Positions 1 through 9,699 of a stretch of 20,000 nucleotides of DNA are shown here, piece by piece. The stretch is from IMG/VR virus record IMGVR_UViG_3300020047_008750; one strand, written 5' to 3'. The notes beneath the pieces were generated by a model. It did not search any database and was not told where the DNA came from. It saw only the letters and a program-made list of their open reading frames with translations. The first letter of the stretch is position 1. Every line of letters starts with the position of its first letter. The translations under genes and the position numbers were made by a program. This DNA comes from an uncultured virus (IMG/VR IMGVR_UViG_3300020047_008750). Lineage: Duplodnaviria > Heunggongvirae > Uroviricota > Caudoviricetes.

Positions 1-1
1 C

Positions 2-634
2 ATGAAGTGGAAGAATGAACCTGCACAGATTCAGAAGGTTCGAGAGTTCAAACAGAAACGAATCGAAATCCTTCTTGAAAAATCAAATGTCTGAAACAAG
101 TTTCGAAGCAAGCGGATCAAAGATCTCTCGGATATTCCCGAACTGGAAAAACTCTGTCGATCCTATGTTGACGGATTCAAGACACACAAAGAAAAAGGTT
201 GGTGACTATACTTCTGGTGAAACATAGGATCAGGAAAGACACACAGCGCAACAGCGGTCTGCAATGAATTGATTGAAGCGCATTCAACAGAAATCTTGTT
301 CGTGAATATGTCAGATGTTTCGAACCGCGTCAGAAGCAGTTTCGATTCTGCATGAAACGATTCAGAACTGTTTCAGGACATGAAGAAGGTTGAACTGCTT
401 GTCATTGATGACATAGGCGTCGAGAAGGTCACAGAATGGTTGTCAGAACAGTTGTTTCTTGTCGTCAATTACCGATATGAAAACAATCTTCCGATAATTA
501 TCACAAGCAATCAATCAATTCAGGATCTCGCGAAGATACACAAACCGCAGATCGCGTCGCGTCTCGATGAAATGTGCAAGTCAGTCAGGTTCAAAGGTGA
601 AGACAGGCGAGTCGACAGGCGTCCGCGTTTCTAA
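2..634 (+). CDS. DnaC/IstB-like AAA+ ATPase (helicase loader); probably 5'-truncated by the window edge
   Basis: With TGA=Gly the frame is open from 2 to TAA 632-634. Walker A GLYFW-G(TGA 218)-NIGSGKTH, Walker B LLVIDDIG, then VNYRYEN..PIIITSN and IASRL..MC..V.F.GEDRR. Confidence 0.92.
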
Positions 635-662
635 AATTATTTATTTTTTACCTTTTTACACT

Positions 663-740
663 ATGAAAGAAACATTCGAAAAATGTTCAATGTTGCCTTT
701 GAAAAAGGGTGTCAGTATGAAATTTTGTTTGGTCTTATAA
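663..740 (+). CDS. Putative 25-aa small protein (MKETFEKCSMLPLKKGVSMKFCLVL)
   Basis: The ATG sits in the same TTTTTACACT-ATG context as two longer genes (2316, 17411). Ends TAA. No recognisable homology. Confidence 0.35.
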   Translation: MKETFEKCSMLPLKKGVSMKFCLVL

Positions 741-776
741 ATAGTCACTATTTTTTATTTTTTTATTTTTTTTATT

Positions 777-1235
777 ATGTCAAACAGCTTGAACAAGGTT
801 CAGTTGATCGGGAATGTCACAGCTGATCCTGTCGTCAGAAAAATCGGTGAATCTCGCACCGTCGCAAACTTCAGCATTGCGACAAATCGGACATGGAAGG
901 ATTCGGACGGAAAGAAACAAGATGTCGCTGAATTTCACAATATTGTGATCTGGTGAAAGCTTGCTGAAATCGTCGAAAAGTATGTCACGAAATGAAAAAA
1001 GATCTATGTTGAAGGACGCCTTCAATCGAGTTCGTGGGAAGATGAACAAGGCGTCAAGCGATACAAGACAGAGATCGTCGCAGATCAGATGATTCTTCTT
1101 TCAGGTGGTGAAAAGAAGTCTGACAACAGCGACGGAATGATTCAAGAGGATCCTGAAGACACAGAGATTGTCACAAAGGAAGAGAAGAAGAAATATTCAG
1201 AATCAAGTGTTGACATACTTGATGTTCCATTCTAA
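777..1235 (+). CDS. ssb: Single-stranded DNA-binding protein, 152 aa
   Basis: MSNSLNKVQLIGNVTADP...FSIATNRTWKD...EFHNIVIW-G(TGA 954)-KLAE..EKYVTK-G(TGA 993)-KKIYVEGRLQ, acidic tail ending DVPF. Absent from the ORF track because of the TGAs. Confidence 0.97.
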
Positions 1236-1259
1236 TATATAAAATATAATCTTTCAAAT

Positions 1260-1850
1260 ATGAAAAAATTCCCTTGCTCGCAAACCGCGTCAAACCGTTC
1301 ATTCATCGCACTTGATGAAGCCATTTTCTTGATTCTCTTGACGGTGGCTGTTGTATATATTGCAATCCCGATGTTCGATTTCAGCAATCAGAAAATTGAA
1401 ACACCTGAAACAGAAAAGATTCAGCTGATTTCAAAACCTGCTTGCATAAATATTCAATACAGCGAAACAACAATCCTGCGTCAAAAGTCATGGCGCGACA
1501 AGCGATTTCTTGAAAATGTTCATGTTCAACATGCCTATGAAATCTCTGAAGGCGACATGAATTTCGTGTTGACTGTCGAAGCTGAATCAAAGTTCGATCC
1601 GCAAGCAGTCGGTGACAATGGAAACAGTCGATGATTCTGTCAATGGCACTATAAATGGCACAAGGAAACGCGGAACAATCCGAACTTCAACGATCCTGTT
1701 TGGCAAATGGAAGAATGCTTCAAATACTACACACAAGTTTTGAACAACGGAACAATCAATTCGCGTCTGTACTGATACAAAGTCAGAAATCTGATGAAGG
1801 ATCGCTTCATATTCAAAGCAGAAGAAAAAACACTTCAAATCTGCGAATAA
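1260..1850 (+). CDS. Membrane-anchored lytic transglycosylase/lysozyme-like (SLT-type) protein, 196 aa
   Basis: N-terminal hydrophobic helix. Catalytic-type motif VEAESKFDPQAVGDNGNSR-G(TGA 1632)-FCQW matches SLT ES.F.P.A...G..Q. Stop TAA 1848-1850. Confidence 0.75.
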
Positions 1851-1860
1851 TCTTCTTTCT

Positions 1861-2298
1861 ATGAAAAAAAAATCACCTCTCGAAGATGTCGAATCGACAC
1901 TGTTCACTTCATGGCTGCGCTGAAACAATCTTCTGAATGGTCATGTTCCGAATGAAACACCGACAAAACGAAAGATTGTCACACCTGAATGAAAAACCTT
2001 GTGGGTTGGTTGACACAAGCGAAACATGCGAAATCGCGCGGTGTGAGTCACAAAATGAATCCCTGATCACTTCTGCTTCATTCCTGCTGATCGTTGCACT
2101 GAAGGTCGTCAGGTGTGTCTTGTTGTCGAAATGAAACGCGAAGACGGTGTTCCTTCCGATGTCAGCGAAGAGCAAGAAGAATGGCTTCAAGCTTTCAATT
2201 CTGTGAAAGATGTCGAATCATTCGTCGCATTCGGTGCGAAGCAAGCAATTCTTTTTGTCTCGCAATACCTGATCAATCCGAAAAAATACGATTTTTAG
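1861..2298 (+). CDS. VRR-NUC family PD-(D/E)xK nuclease (Holliday junction resolvase-like), 145 aa
   Basis: HVPNE...GVTKGIPD (both G are TGA)...VEMKR...SEEQEEW. Five in-frame TGA. Stop TAG. Confidence 0.88.
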
Positions 2299-2315
2299 TC
2301 TTTTATTTTTACACT

Positions 2316-2705
2316 ATGAAACAAAAATCTTGTCACCTTCAGCGTCGTTTTTCATGAATGCACGATGACTGCATATATTACACAAACGAATGCAGCTGCT
2401 GACGGTCCTTCACAGACTGGTTTGCAGACAGATCAGAAATGCTTTTCGAAACACACCTGAAAGCGAATTTCTATCCTACAGTTTCGGAACTGAAAGAAAA
2501 ATGATTCCGCGAAGACGGTCTTTCGAACTTCAAAAGAAATGTCGCACGGAAAAATCTTCGATACAGAAACGATATATGACTTTTGGAATACAATCGCAAT
2601 CACTACATTGCTTTTGAATCAAAGGAACAATTTGAATACTTCTTCCTGCACCTGAAAGAAAGTCTTGCACCGTTCGACGCTCTCGATCTCAAAAATAATT
2701 CATAA
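2316..2705 (+). CDS. Hypothetical protein, 129 aa
   Basis: Open in code 25 (4 TGA), U-rich leader, stop TAA, tight packing with neighbours. Confidence 0.75.
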
Positions 2706-2716
2706 TCTTTTTTCTT

Positions 2717-2926
2717 ATGGTCAAAATCGAAAAACAATTCCTTGCGCGTGAAATGCAGTGACTTCTTTGAAATGTCATGTCACTGAAAGGCGACAGCACT
2801 GATGATCTTGTCGAAATTCTCGAAAAGATGAAAGTCGTCACGGAAAAGATCGAAGAAGATCTATACTATCATTCAGCACCGTTTCACAAACAGGAAAGAA
2901 ACTATCAGTTCCGATTCATAAAATAG
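2717..2926 (+). CDS. Hypothetical protein, 69 aa
   Basis: Open in code 25 (2 TGA), U-rich leader, codon usage like its neighbours, stop TAG. Confidence 0.7.
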
Positions 2927-2929
2927 CAC

Positions 2930-2946
2930 TATAATGAAGTCATTAT
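2930..2946 (+). promoter_or_regulatory. TATAAT -10-like hexamer overlapped by a perfect 7-2-7 palindrome (ATAATGA-AG-TCATTAT)
   Basis: Seen directly in the intergenic gap upstream of the ATG at 2965. No good -35 found. Confidence 0.4.
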
Positions 2947-2964
2947 TTCATAATTTTCCGCAAC

Positions 2965-3162
2965 ATGAAAAAGACGCTTCAACAGAAGAAACGCAATTCG
3001 CGTTCTCTCTGGGAAAAACAGAACCGAATCTTTGAAAATAGGTTCAAGCGAAATGAAAAACTTCACAAGAAGAACCTGAAACGCCTTGCACTTTGCTTCC
3101 TTGTCTTCCTTCTGGTTCCTGTCATGATCACAATCGTCGCTTTTATCTTTTATCAACTCTAA
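2965..3162 (+). CDS. Small basic protein with a C-terminal transmembrane helix, 65 aa
   Basis: K/R-rich N-terminus followed by about 25 hydrophobic residues. Stop TAA. Confidence 0.65.
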   Translation: MKKTLQQKKRNSRSLWEKQNRIFENRFKRNEKLHKKNLKRLALCFLVFLLVPVMITIVAFIFYQL

Positions 3163-3258
3163 AATGAAAAACCTTTCTGCAAGGTGTCGCGGTGATCCTG
3201 TCAGTGAATGGCGCCTGTTCAACTCTCTATTCCGTCAGCAATGTAAAAATTCGCCTAT

Positions 3259-3504
3259 ATGGTCACTTCAAAATGAAACACAAAAACAAAACCGAAAGAC
3301 TGGAAGCAAGAGAATGCAAACATTTTCTTCATAGGTAGGAAAGAAGTTCCTTGATTCAACTTCCCTTTGCTCGAAGGAAAGATAATCAAAGACAACCTTG
3401 ATTGAACCTTCACTGTTCGTGTCTTCTGCAAAACAAAGTGAGCGCCTGCGAATCCGATGACTCTGTCAATCGAATCGAACCGTCTCTGTCGTGGCAAGTC
3501 ATAA
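3259..3504 (+). CDS. Hypothetical protein, 81 aa (possible small beta-barrel)
   Basis: Code-25 ORF MVTSKGNT...GKIIKDNLDGTFTVRVF. The TGAs fall at turn-like positions. Stop TAA. Confidence 0.6.
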
Positions 3505-3530
3505 CTCTATTATTTTTTTTCCTTTCTCTT

Positions 3531-3980
3531 ATGAAAACAATCAGCGCAACAAATCAGACAATGCAATATTTGTATTCAATCGCACTCGACGCGAATGTCG
3601 AAACAATCGTGAAACTTCGAACGGTCCGTGCTATACTTCAGAAGTCATTCCCTGTTGTGAATGCCTATGAACTCGAGAAGAAGCAACCTATGGAACAAGT
3701 CAGAGCAATCGAGAAACAAATAGACAGCATTGTTCAGCTTGGAAAGCAAGACGCACAAGCAGATCAAATGAAACAGCTTCAGGAATCTCGAACAAAGATC
3801 CTTGATGAAGTCATTGCAACCTTCGCGAATGCTGAAGTCACTCTTGAACTCGAAGAATCAGAAATTGCTTTCCTTCTCAATGAACTGACTGAAGTTCTTG
3901 CAGAAGCAAAACGATTGAAGACTTCTGAAGAAATGGTGTATTTCGACAACCTATTCACAGCACTCGAAAACGCTGCATAA
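3531..3980 (+). CDS. Hypothetical alpha-helical/coiled-coil protein, 149 aa
   Basis: The ATG at 3531 follows a U-rich leader. The track's start at 3402 overlaps the upstream gene. Stop TAA. Confidence 0.8.
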   Translation: MKTISATNQTMQYLYSIALDANVETIVKLRTVRAILQKSFPVVNAYELEKKQPMEQVRAIEKQIDSIVQLGKQDAQADQMKQLQESRTKILDEVIATFANAEVTLELEESEIAFLLNELTEVLAEAKRLKTSEEMVYFDNLFTALENAA

Positions 3981-4045
3981 TTCTGTTGACGAATTTTTCT
4001 TTCGTCATAGACTGCTTTTCGTCTTGCAGTGTAAAAAGACAACAG

Positions 4046-4073
4046 AAAGAGAATCCTTCGGGGTTCTCTTTTT
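4046..4073 (+). terminator. Rho-independent terminator ending the early/middle block
   Basis: AAAGAGAATCC-TTCG-GGGTTCTCTTT stem with a C(UUCG)G tetraloop, running into a T-tract. Confidence 0.85.
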
Positions 4074-4079
4074 GCATTG

Positions 4080-4110
4080 TTGCAATCTGTGGATTTCTGA
4101 ATATATTTAT
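4080..4110 (+). promoter_or_regulatory. Putative sigma70-like late promoter (TTGCAA-N16-TATATT) upstream of terS
   Basis: Lies immediately after the terminator. The same TTGC-N18-TATATTTAT layout recurs at 9329-9359. Confidence 0.55.
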
Positions 4111-4142
4111 TGCAATTATTGCGTGGTCATTCATACACTTTT

Positions 4143-4769
4143 ATGATCGAAAAGAAAAAAGACATTCCCTTGAAGAAAAAGAAAAAAAAGACTTGAAAAA
4201 ACAAGCGCTCTTCATGGAACAAAATTGAAGAAGGTTGAATCGCAGTCACAGACAACAGAAAGAAGCTTCAGGAAAAGCTTTTGAAGGAAGAAGCACAAGA
4301 AGACAATATTGTCAAGGCACACTTGAAGACACTTGAAAATCATACAATGACTATCGGAATGCGGATTGAAAAAGTGGCTTTTGCGATTTTTCTTTGACTT
4401 CCTGAAGCAGTTCGATGAACGCAAGGTGACTTTTCTCGCGAGTGGTGAATCAGTGAACAAGCGCTTTCTGGTTGGAAGTACCTTCCCGAAATTCAAAAGC
4501 TTCGGTTGGTGATCATGAAATCAGTTCTGATTGAAAGAACACCTGCAGTCATGGAAAACCTTTTCACTGCAGCTTCGAAAGCAAATTCATTCTGATCAGT
4601 GAATGTCGGTGCGGTGAAGTTGTGGCTTCAGTTCGTCGAAGAATGGAAGGAAGCAAGCACGGTTGATCTGAATGCTACAGGTTGATTTCAAATCAACTTC
4701 GGTGCGTGAAAGAGTCAATTCATAAATCCGACAGACGAACAACCTGTGAAGGAATCAGAGAAGACATAA
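4143..4769 (+). CDS. terS: Terminase small subunit (HTH, phBC6A51-like), 208 aa
   Basis: HTH-like GTQGDFSREWGISEQALSGWK, C-terminal AVKLWLQFVEEW, position upstream of terL. Open only in code 25. Confidence 0.8.
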
Positions 4770-4780
4770 TCCTTTTTTTT

Positions 4781-5149
4781 ATGAAATATCGAATCAGCAA
4801 CTTTGATTGATTATCTGTTTTCATTCCTTTGGATAAAGATGCAAAAAGATTCAGGAAAAAAACAATACAAAATCTTTCAGCAGAAAATTGAGTTATAAGA
4901 AAAAGAGATAGAGTTGCATTGTGATATTCTTCAAAAGATTTTTCTGAAAAAAGAAAAATTCTATTGTCTGAAGCTCGAAACAATTCATGATGTTCAGATT
5001 GTTCTTCAAAACAGTTTTTGCAGGTTCACCATAAAGACAAAGACATATTGAATAATGAATATGAAAATCTGCAAGTATTATGTTTCTATTGTCATGCAAA
5101 ATATCATAAGCATATGCAAAACAAAAATCCACCTTCTTGGCTAAAATAA
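4781..5149 (+). CDS. HNH endonuclease, 122 aa
   Basis: CSDC...LQVHHKDKDILNNEYENLQVLCFYCHAKYH. Four in-frame TGA. Visibly more AT-rich than the flanks. Confidence 0.92.
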
Positions 5150-5151
5150 AT

Positions 5152-6567
5152 ATGACCGTTCTCAATCTTTATCCTTTGCAACCTGTTCAACAAAGAGCTT
5201 CAGCAAGCACTGCGCGATTTCGGTTGATGTGAGGTGCAAAAGGCGGTTGAAAATCATATTGGATCCGTTCGGAAAGTGTTCGTGAATGTTTGTCTGCTCG
5301 AAATGTTCGATGACTTGCCTTGCGTCGAACTTCACCTGAAATCAGCGAGAACATGATCATTCCGCTTCAAAGGGAACTTCCACCGACAAGAACTTGATTC
5401 TATAATTTCAACAAGACAGACAAGATCATGCAGTTTTTCAACGGTTCGACACTGCGTTTTTCCTATTGTCAGAATCTTGCCGATGTCATGAATTATCAAG
5501 GAATCGAATATGATTTCATCGCGATTGAAGAGCTGACACACTGGACCGAACTTGAATGGAAACTTTTGATGTGATCCCTTCGAACAACTCGCGACGGAAT
5601 CAAACCGAACTTCTTTGCGTCAACAAATCCGTGATCAATCGGTCACCAGTGGGTGAAGCGTCTTTTCGTGAAGCGAGAGTTTCAGGAATGAGAAAATCCC
5701 GATGACTATGACTTCATTCCTGCGCGTGTGTGGGACAATGAAATTCTTATGCGGACACAACCGCAATATTATCAACTCTTGCAAGCACTCCCCGAAAAAG
5801 AGCGTCGCGCCTTTCTCGAAGGTGACTGGAATGTCTTTGACGGTCAGTTCTTCACCGAATTTCGAACTGACCTTCATGTCATTCAACCCTTTGTTCCGAA
5901 AAACTGAATCAAGAAGCGAATCATCTGTCTCGATTACTGATATTCTGCACCGTCTGCTGTCTATTGGTTGGCGCAGGATAACAACGACACTGTGTTCGCA
6001 TACCGTGAACTGTATGTCAAAGGCAAGACATACAAACAACTTGCAGCGCAGGTCATGGCAATGACTCCCGATGATGAAAAGATTGATGTCACGATTGTCG
6101 ATCCTGCAATCTTGAACAAACCTTCAGAGACGACAGGAACTTCAGGAAGCGACGAAATGAAAGCGGTTTGACTCAAAGTAAAATGAGCAGATAATAGTCG
6201 CGTTGCAGGTTGGCAAGTCTTCAGACAATTTTTGCAACCGTTTGAGGATCAGAACACAAGAAAGATTTCTGCGGGATTTTATATCACTTCGAACTGCACA
6301 AATTTGATTCGAACACTCCCCGAAATGGTTCATGACAAAGTCAATGTTGAAGATATCAACACCAAACTTGAAGATCATGCTTGTGACGCGATTCGATATT
6401 GACTGAAATATTTCGGTGCGCGAACAAGTTCACTTTCCGAAATAAAAACGATGAATGATGTGTTCAACAAGAAGTTCGAACAAGAAGTTTGAAACATGGC
6501 TTCTTTTTTACAAAAAAAACCTACAATAAAGACAACAAAAGGTTGAATCCTGACGCTCGAATTCTAA
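5152..6567 (+). CDS. terL: Terminase large subunit, 471 aa
   Basis: Walker A G(TGA 5230)GAKGG-G(TGA 5248)-KS, Walker B QGIEYDFIAIEELT, STNPG..GHQWVK, RRAFLEGDW, nuclease motifs CLDYG and EDHACDAIRY. Stop TAA. Confidence 0.96.
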
Positions 6568-6586
6568 TATTTTTTATCTTTCATAT

Positions 6587-9280
6587 ATGACAAAGAAAGA
6601 AACAATCAAGTCAACAGAATCAACTGTTGAAAAAGTTCCTTCACAGATTTCAGAGACGAAAACAAAAAAGCATTCGAGCGACAAGAAGGACCTTCTGAAC
6701 ACTTTCGGTGCTTCAGGAACTTCACTTGTTGAAGGATATATTCTTGAAGAATACAACCCGAAGCTTGCATGATCTGCAGGTCTTCTTGTATATGAGAAAA
6801 TGCGAAAGTCTGACGCACAAGTTTTCGCGACACTTCTCGCAATGGAACTTCCGATTCGCTCGACAAAGTGGGACATAATGCCTGCAAGCGATGAAAACGG
6901 TGAAACAGGTGATCGAGAACATGAAATTGCAGACTTTGTTCGAAAAGCACTTTTCGAGAAAATGGAAACACCGTTCGACGATTTCTTGCGAGAGGTTTTG
7001 ACAATGCTTCCGTTCGGTTTCTCTCTTTTCGAAAAAGTTTGGACCGCTGACAGCAAATATATTTGGTTGAAGAAACTCGCTTCGAGAAAACAGAATTCAA
7101 TTCACAAGTGGCAACAACTCGACAGAACTGCAGGCGTTCAACAGATTCTTCCGCAGACAGTGGTTGAATGAGTCAACGCATGATTGAACCTTGTGTCGAT
7201 CCCTGCTTCAAAACTTCTTCTTTTCTCTTTCCGTCGTGAAGGTGAAAACTATGAAGGCGTTTCTGTTTTGCGTTCTGCATACAAACACTGGTATTTCAAA
7301 GAAACAATGTATAAATTCGACGCGGTCCGTCATGAAAGACAATCCGTCGGAATTCCTGTCATATATCTTCCGTCAAGCGCTACACCTGAAGACAAAGAGC
7401 AAGCAAAGATCATCGTCGCAAACATTCGAGCAACAGAACAGACAGGTGTTGTCATGCCTTGACCAAAGGAAGACGGTTGGCTGTTCGAATTCGCGGACAT
7501 GAAGTCAGGTCAAAGCACAAATCTTTTTGAATCAATCAAACACCATAATCGCGAGATTGCGAAGAACATTCTTGCGCAGTTCCTTGAACTCGGTGACACA
7601 GAATCAGGATCGAAGGCACTTTCAGAAGATCAATCAGATCTATTCCTTCTTTCTCTTGTCGCTGTCGCGAATCAAATCAAAGACACTATCAATCGTTTTC
7701 TGATTCCCGAACTGGTTGACTACAATTTCGACGATGTGAAGGAATATCCGAAACTCACTTTCGAAAAACTCGGTGTTGTTGACTATGAAAAAATTGCAAA
7801 CATTCTTTCAAGTCTTGCAGGTTCCGAACTTCTCACAAAAGATGAAGATCTTGAAGACTATCTTCGAACAACACTGAATCTTCCTGCTCGGAAGAAAGAT
7901 GAAGGCACTGATGACGATTCTAAAGATGATGAAACAGGCGGTGTTCAGAAAAAAGACACTCCTGAAAATCCAGAACCTACACCAAAAGAAACAATTCAGA
8001 AAGAAATCATTGATGAAAAAGAAGAAGAGAAATTTCATGAACACGGTCCCGATTGCAATCATGAAAAGATTCACGATGACGCACAAGTGTTCTTTGACGC
8101 GAGCTTTCTCGGAATGTCTCGAATGTTCAACAACAAATTCATCATTGAATTGCAGAATGAATGTCGGACCGCTGATGATTATGCTCGCTTGAAACAGAAG
8201 GGATTCAAGTTCAACGATTATGAGAAAGAAGCGTTTCGTCCGATGACCTTTTCAGAAAGAAAGGTTAACTTTGTTTCTCTGAAGCGTTCAATGGAAACAT
8301 TCGAAAAAATCCTTCAAGACAATGTCGATTCAATCATTCAGAAACAGCGTGAAGACATTCTGAAGCAGATCAAGAAAGCTGTCGACAGCAATGACATTGC
8401 AGCAGTCGGAACAATAAAAGCAAAATACACAGCGGATCTTTCACAGGCGTTGACCGATGTTCAGAAAGAAATGTTCGAAATCTGAAAGAAGTCTGCAGCG
8501 GTTGAAATGTCAGTTCAGGTTCCTGCAACGAAAGCTGAAGTTCGATGAGCGATGAGAGTTCAGAATGACGCAATGATTGAATGAATGGTCAATGACATGG
8601 AAGTCACCGCAAAGAAAGCAGCAACACAGGTGATCAACAAGAATGGCGGTTCAATCACGACAACAAGCAGTTCTGAAGCGGTTGCAGCTGCTTGATCATC
8701 TATCGACAAAGTGATGACAGGTCAAGTCAACACACTGAAGACGCTCGGAATCACAGGTTCTGTCAATCTCGGACGCTCTTCGATATTCGAAAGATATCCT
8801 GAAAAAATATATTGATTTCAGTTTTCTGCGATTCTCGACAGTTCAACAACGCAAACTTGTCGATCTCTCGACGGAAGAGTCGTCAAAGCATGATCGCGCG
8901 AATTCTATGACTACGCACCACCGCGACACTATGGTTGTCGCTCGATCTGGGTTGAAATCCTGAATGAAGAATCATTCAAACCTGAATTCACCTGAATTCC
9001 TTCTTCAATCCCTGCGAATCAGACAATCGAAACTTTCAAGGATATCAAAGCACCGATTGTTCTGAAGTGATCACCTGTCATGACAGTCATTCAGAAGGAA
9101 CTTGACGAAACTCGCGAGAAATTGAAACAGCTCGAGATTTCTTGAAAATATAAAAATCGCGCTGACTGATATCGAACAAGAATCGCTGAACTCGAAAAGA
9201 GTCTTCAGTGAACTTTCAGCGAATATTGTCGTGAAGTTCTGATTGCTGACTGAATATCATTCAAAGAGGTTTCTGAATAG
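6587..9280 (+). CDS. Portal protein (DUF935/Mu gp29-like) fused to a MuF/SPP1 gp7-like head morphogenesis domain, 897 aa
   Basis: One frame with no TAA/TAG. Portal motifs YEKMRKSD, FGFSLFEKVW, GVSVLRSAY, LIPELVDYNF. Acidic/His linker at about 7890-8080. MuF motifs FSAILD..TT..CRSLDG and PPRHYGCRS at about 8820-8945. Confidence 0.92.
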
Positions 9281-9326
9281 TTTCTGCAGCAGAAATCGAA
9301 TTTCTGTGACAGAAACGCTTCAGAAA
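9270..9326. repeat. Nested palindrome array of six TTTCTG/CAGAAA half-sites
   Basis: TTTCTG-N3-CAGAAA at 9281-9295 and 9301-9315, enclosed by TTTCTGAA (9270) and TTCAGAAA (9319-9326). Confidence 0.85.
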
Positions 9327-9328
9327 TA

Positions 9329-9359
9329 TTGCTTTTATATCTGAAATATCTATATTTAT
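9329..9359 (+). promoter_or_regulatory. Putative late promoter (TTGCTT-N16-TATATT) for the head operon
   Basis: Same TTGC-N18-TATATTTAT pattern as 4080-4110. Intergenic. Confidence 0.55.
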
Positions 9360-9370
9360 ATCAACACAGA

Positions 9371-9697
9371 ATGAAACAAGCAATCCTTTCAATCTCTATC
9401 GACGAAAATCATTCTGTTGAAGTCCGATTCGAAGGTGAAATCATGTTCGAAATTCCGATGTTGTGAGCGCTCGAACTTGGCAAGAATTGGTTGACGGATA
9501 AGATCAAGAATGATCAGAACCTTTCAACCGCTTGAACAGCAAAGGAAGAGCAGTCAGAAACAATCGTCACAAAGTCCGAAGCAATCAATATTTTCCTTGA
9601 CGCTCGAACAAAGATTGAAAACAGACTGCAGGCAATCGCAAAGTCAGACGATTCACAGAAGTTCCGAATTGATTCAGAAATAATTTCTAAAATCTAA
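9371..9697 (+). CDS. Hypothetical protein, 108 aa
   Basis: Open in code 25 (2 TGA). Stop TAA lies 2 nt before the next ATG. Confidence 0.8.
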
Positions 9698-9699
9698 AA

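Noticed and set aside
3164..3334. 56-aa ORF starting right after the membrane-protein gene
   Set aside because: It overlaps the more protein-like 3259-3504 ORF by 76 nt in another frame. Not excluded, but not supportable.
4770..5151. Group I intron or intein carrying the HNH
   Set aside because: terS ends and terL starts cleanly, with only 11 and 2 nt of spacer, leaving no room for a ribozyme core. TerL has normal length.
8950..9280. MuF polymorphic toxin C-terminal domain with 9371-9697 as immunity gene
   Set aside because: The extension looks like a linker plus coiled coil with no nuclease, ART or other toxin motif, and a promoter separates it from the downstream gene.
9270..9326. CRISPR or mini-array
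   Set aside because: The units are 6-15 bp palindromes without spacer-length unique sequences, and no cas genes are present.
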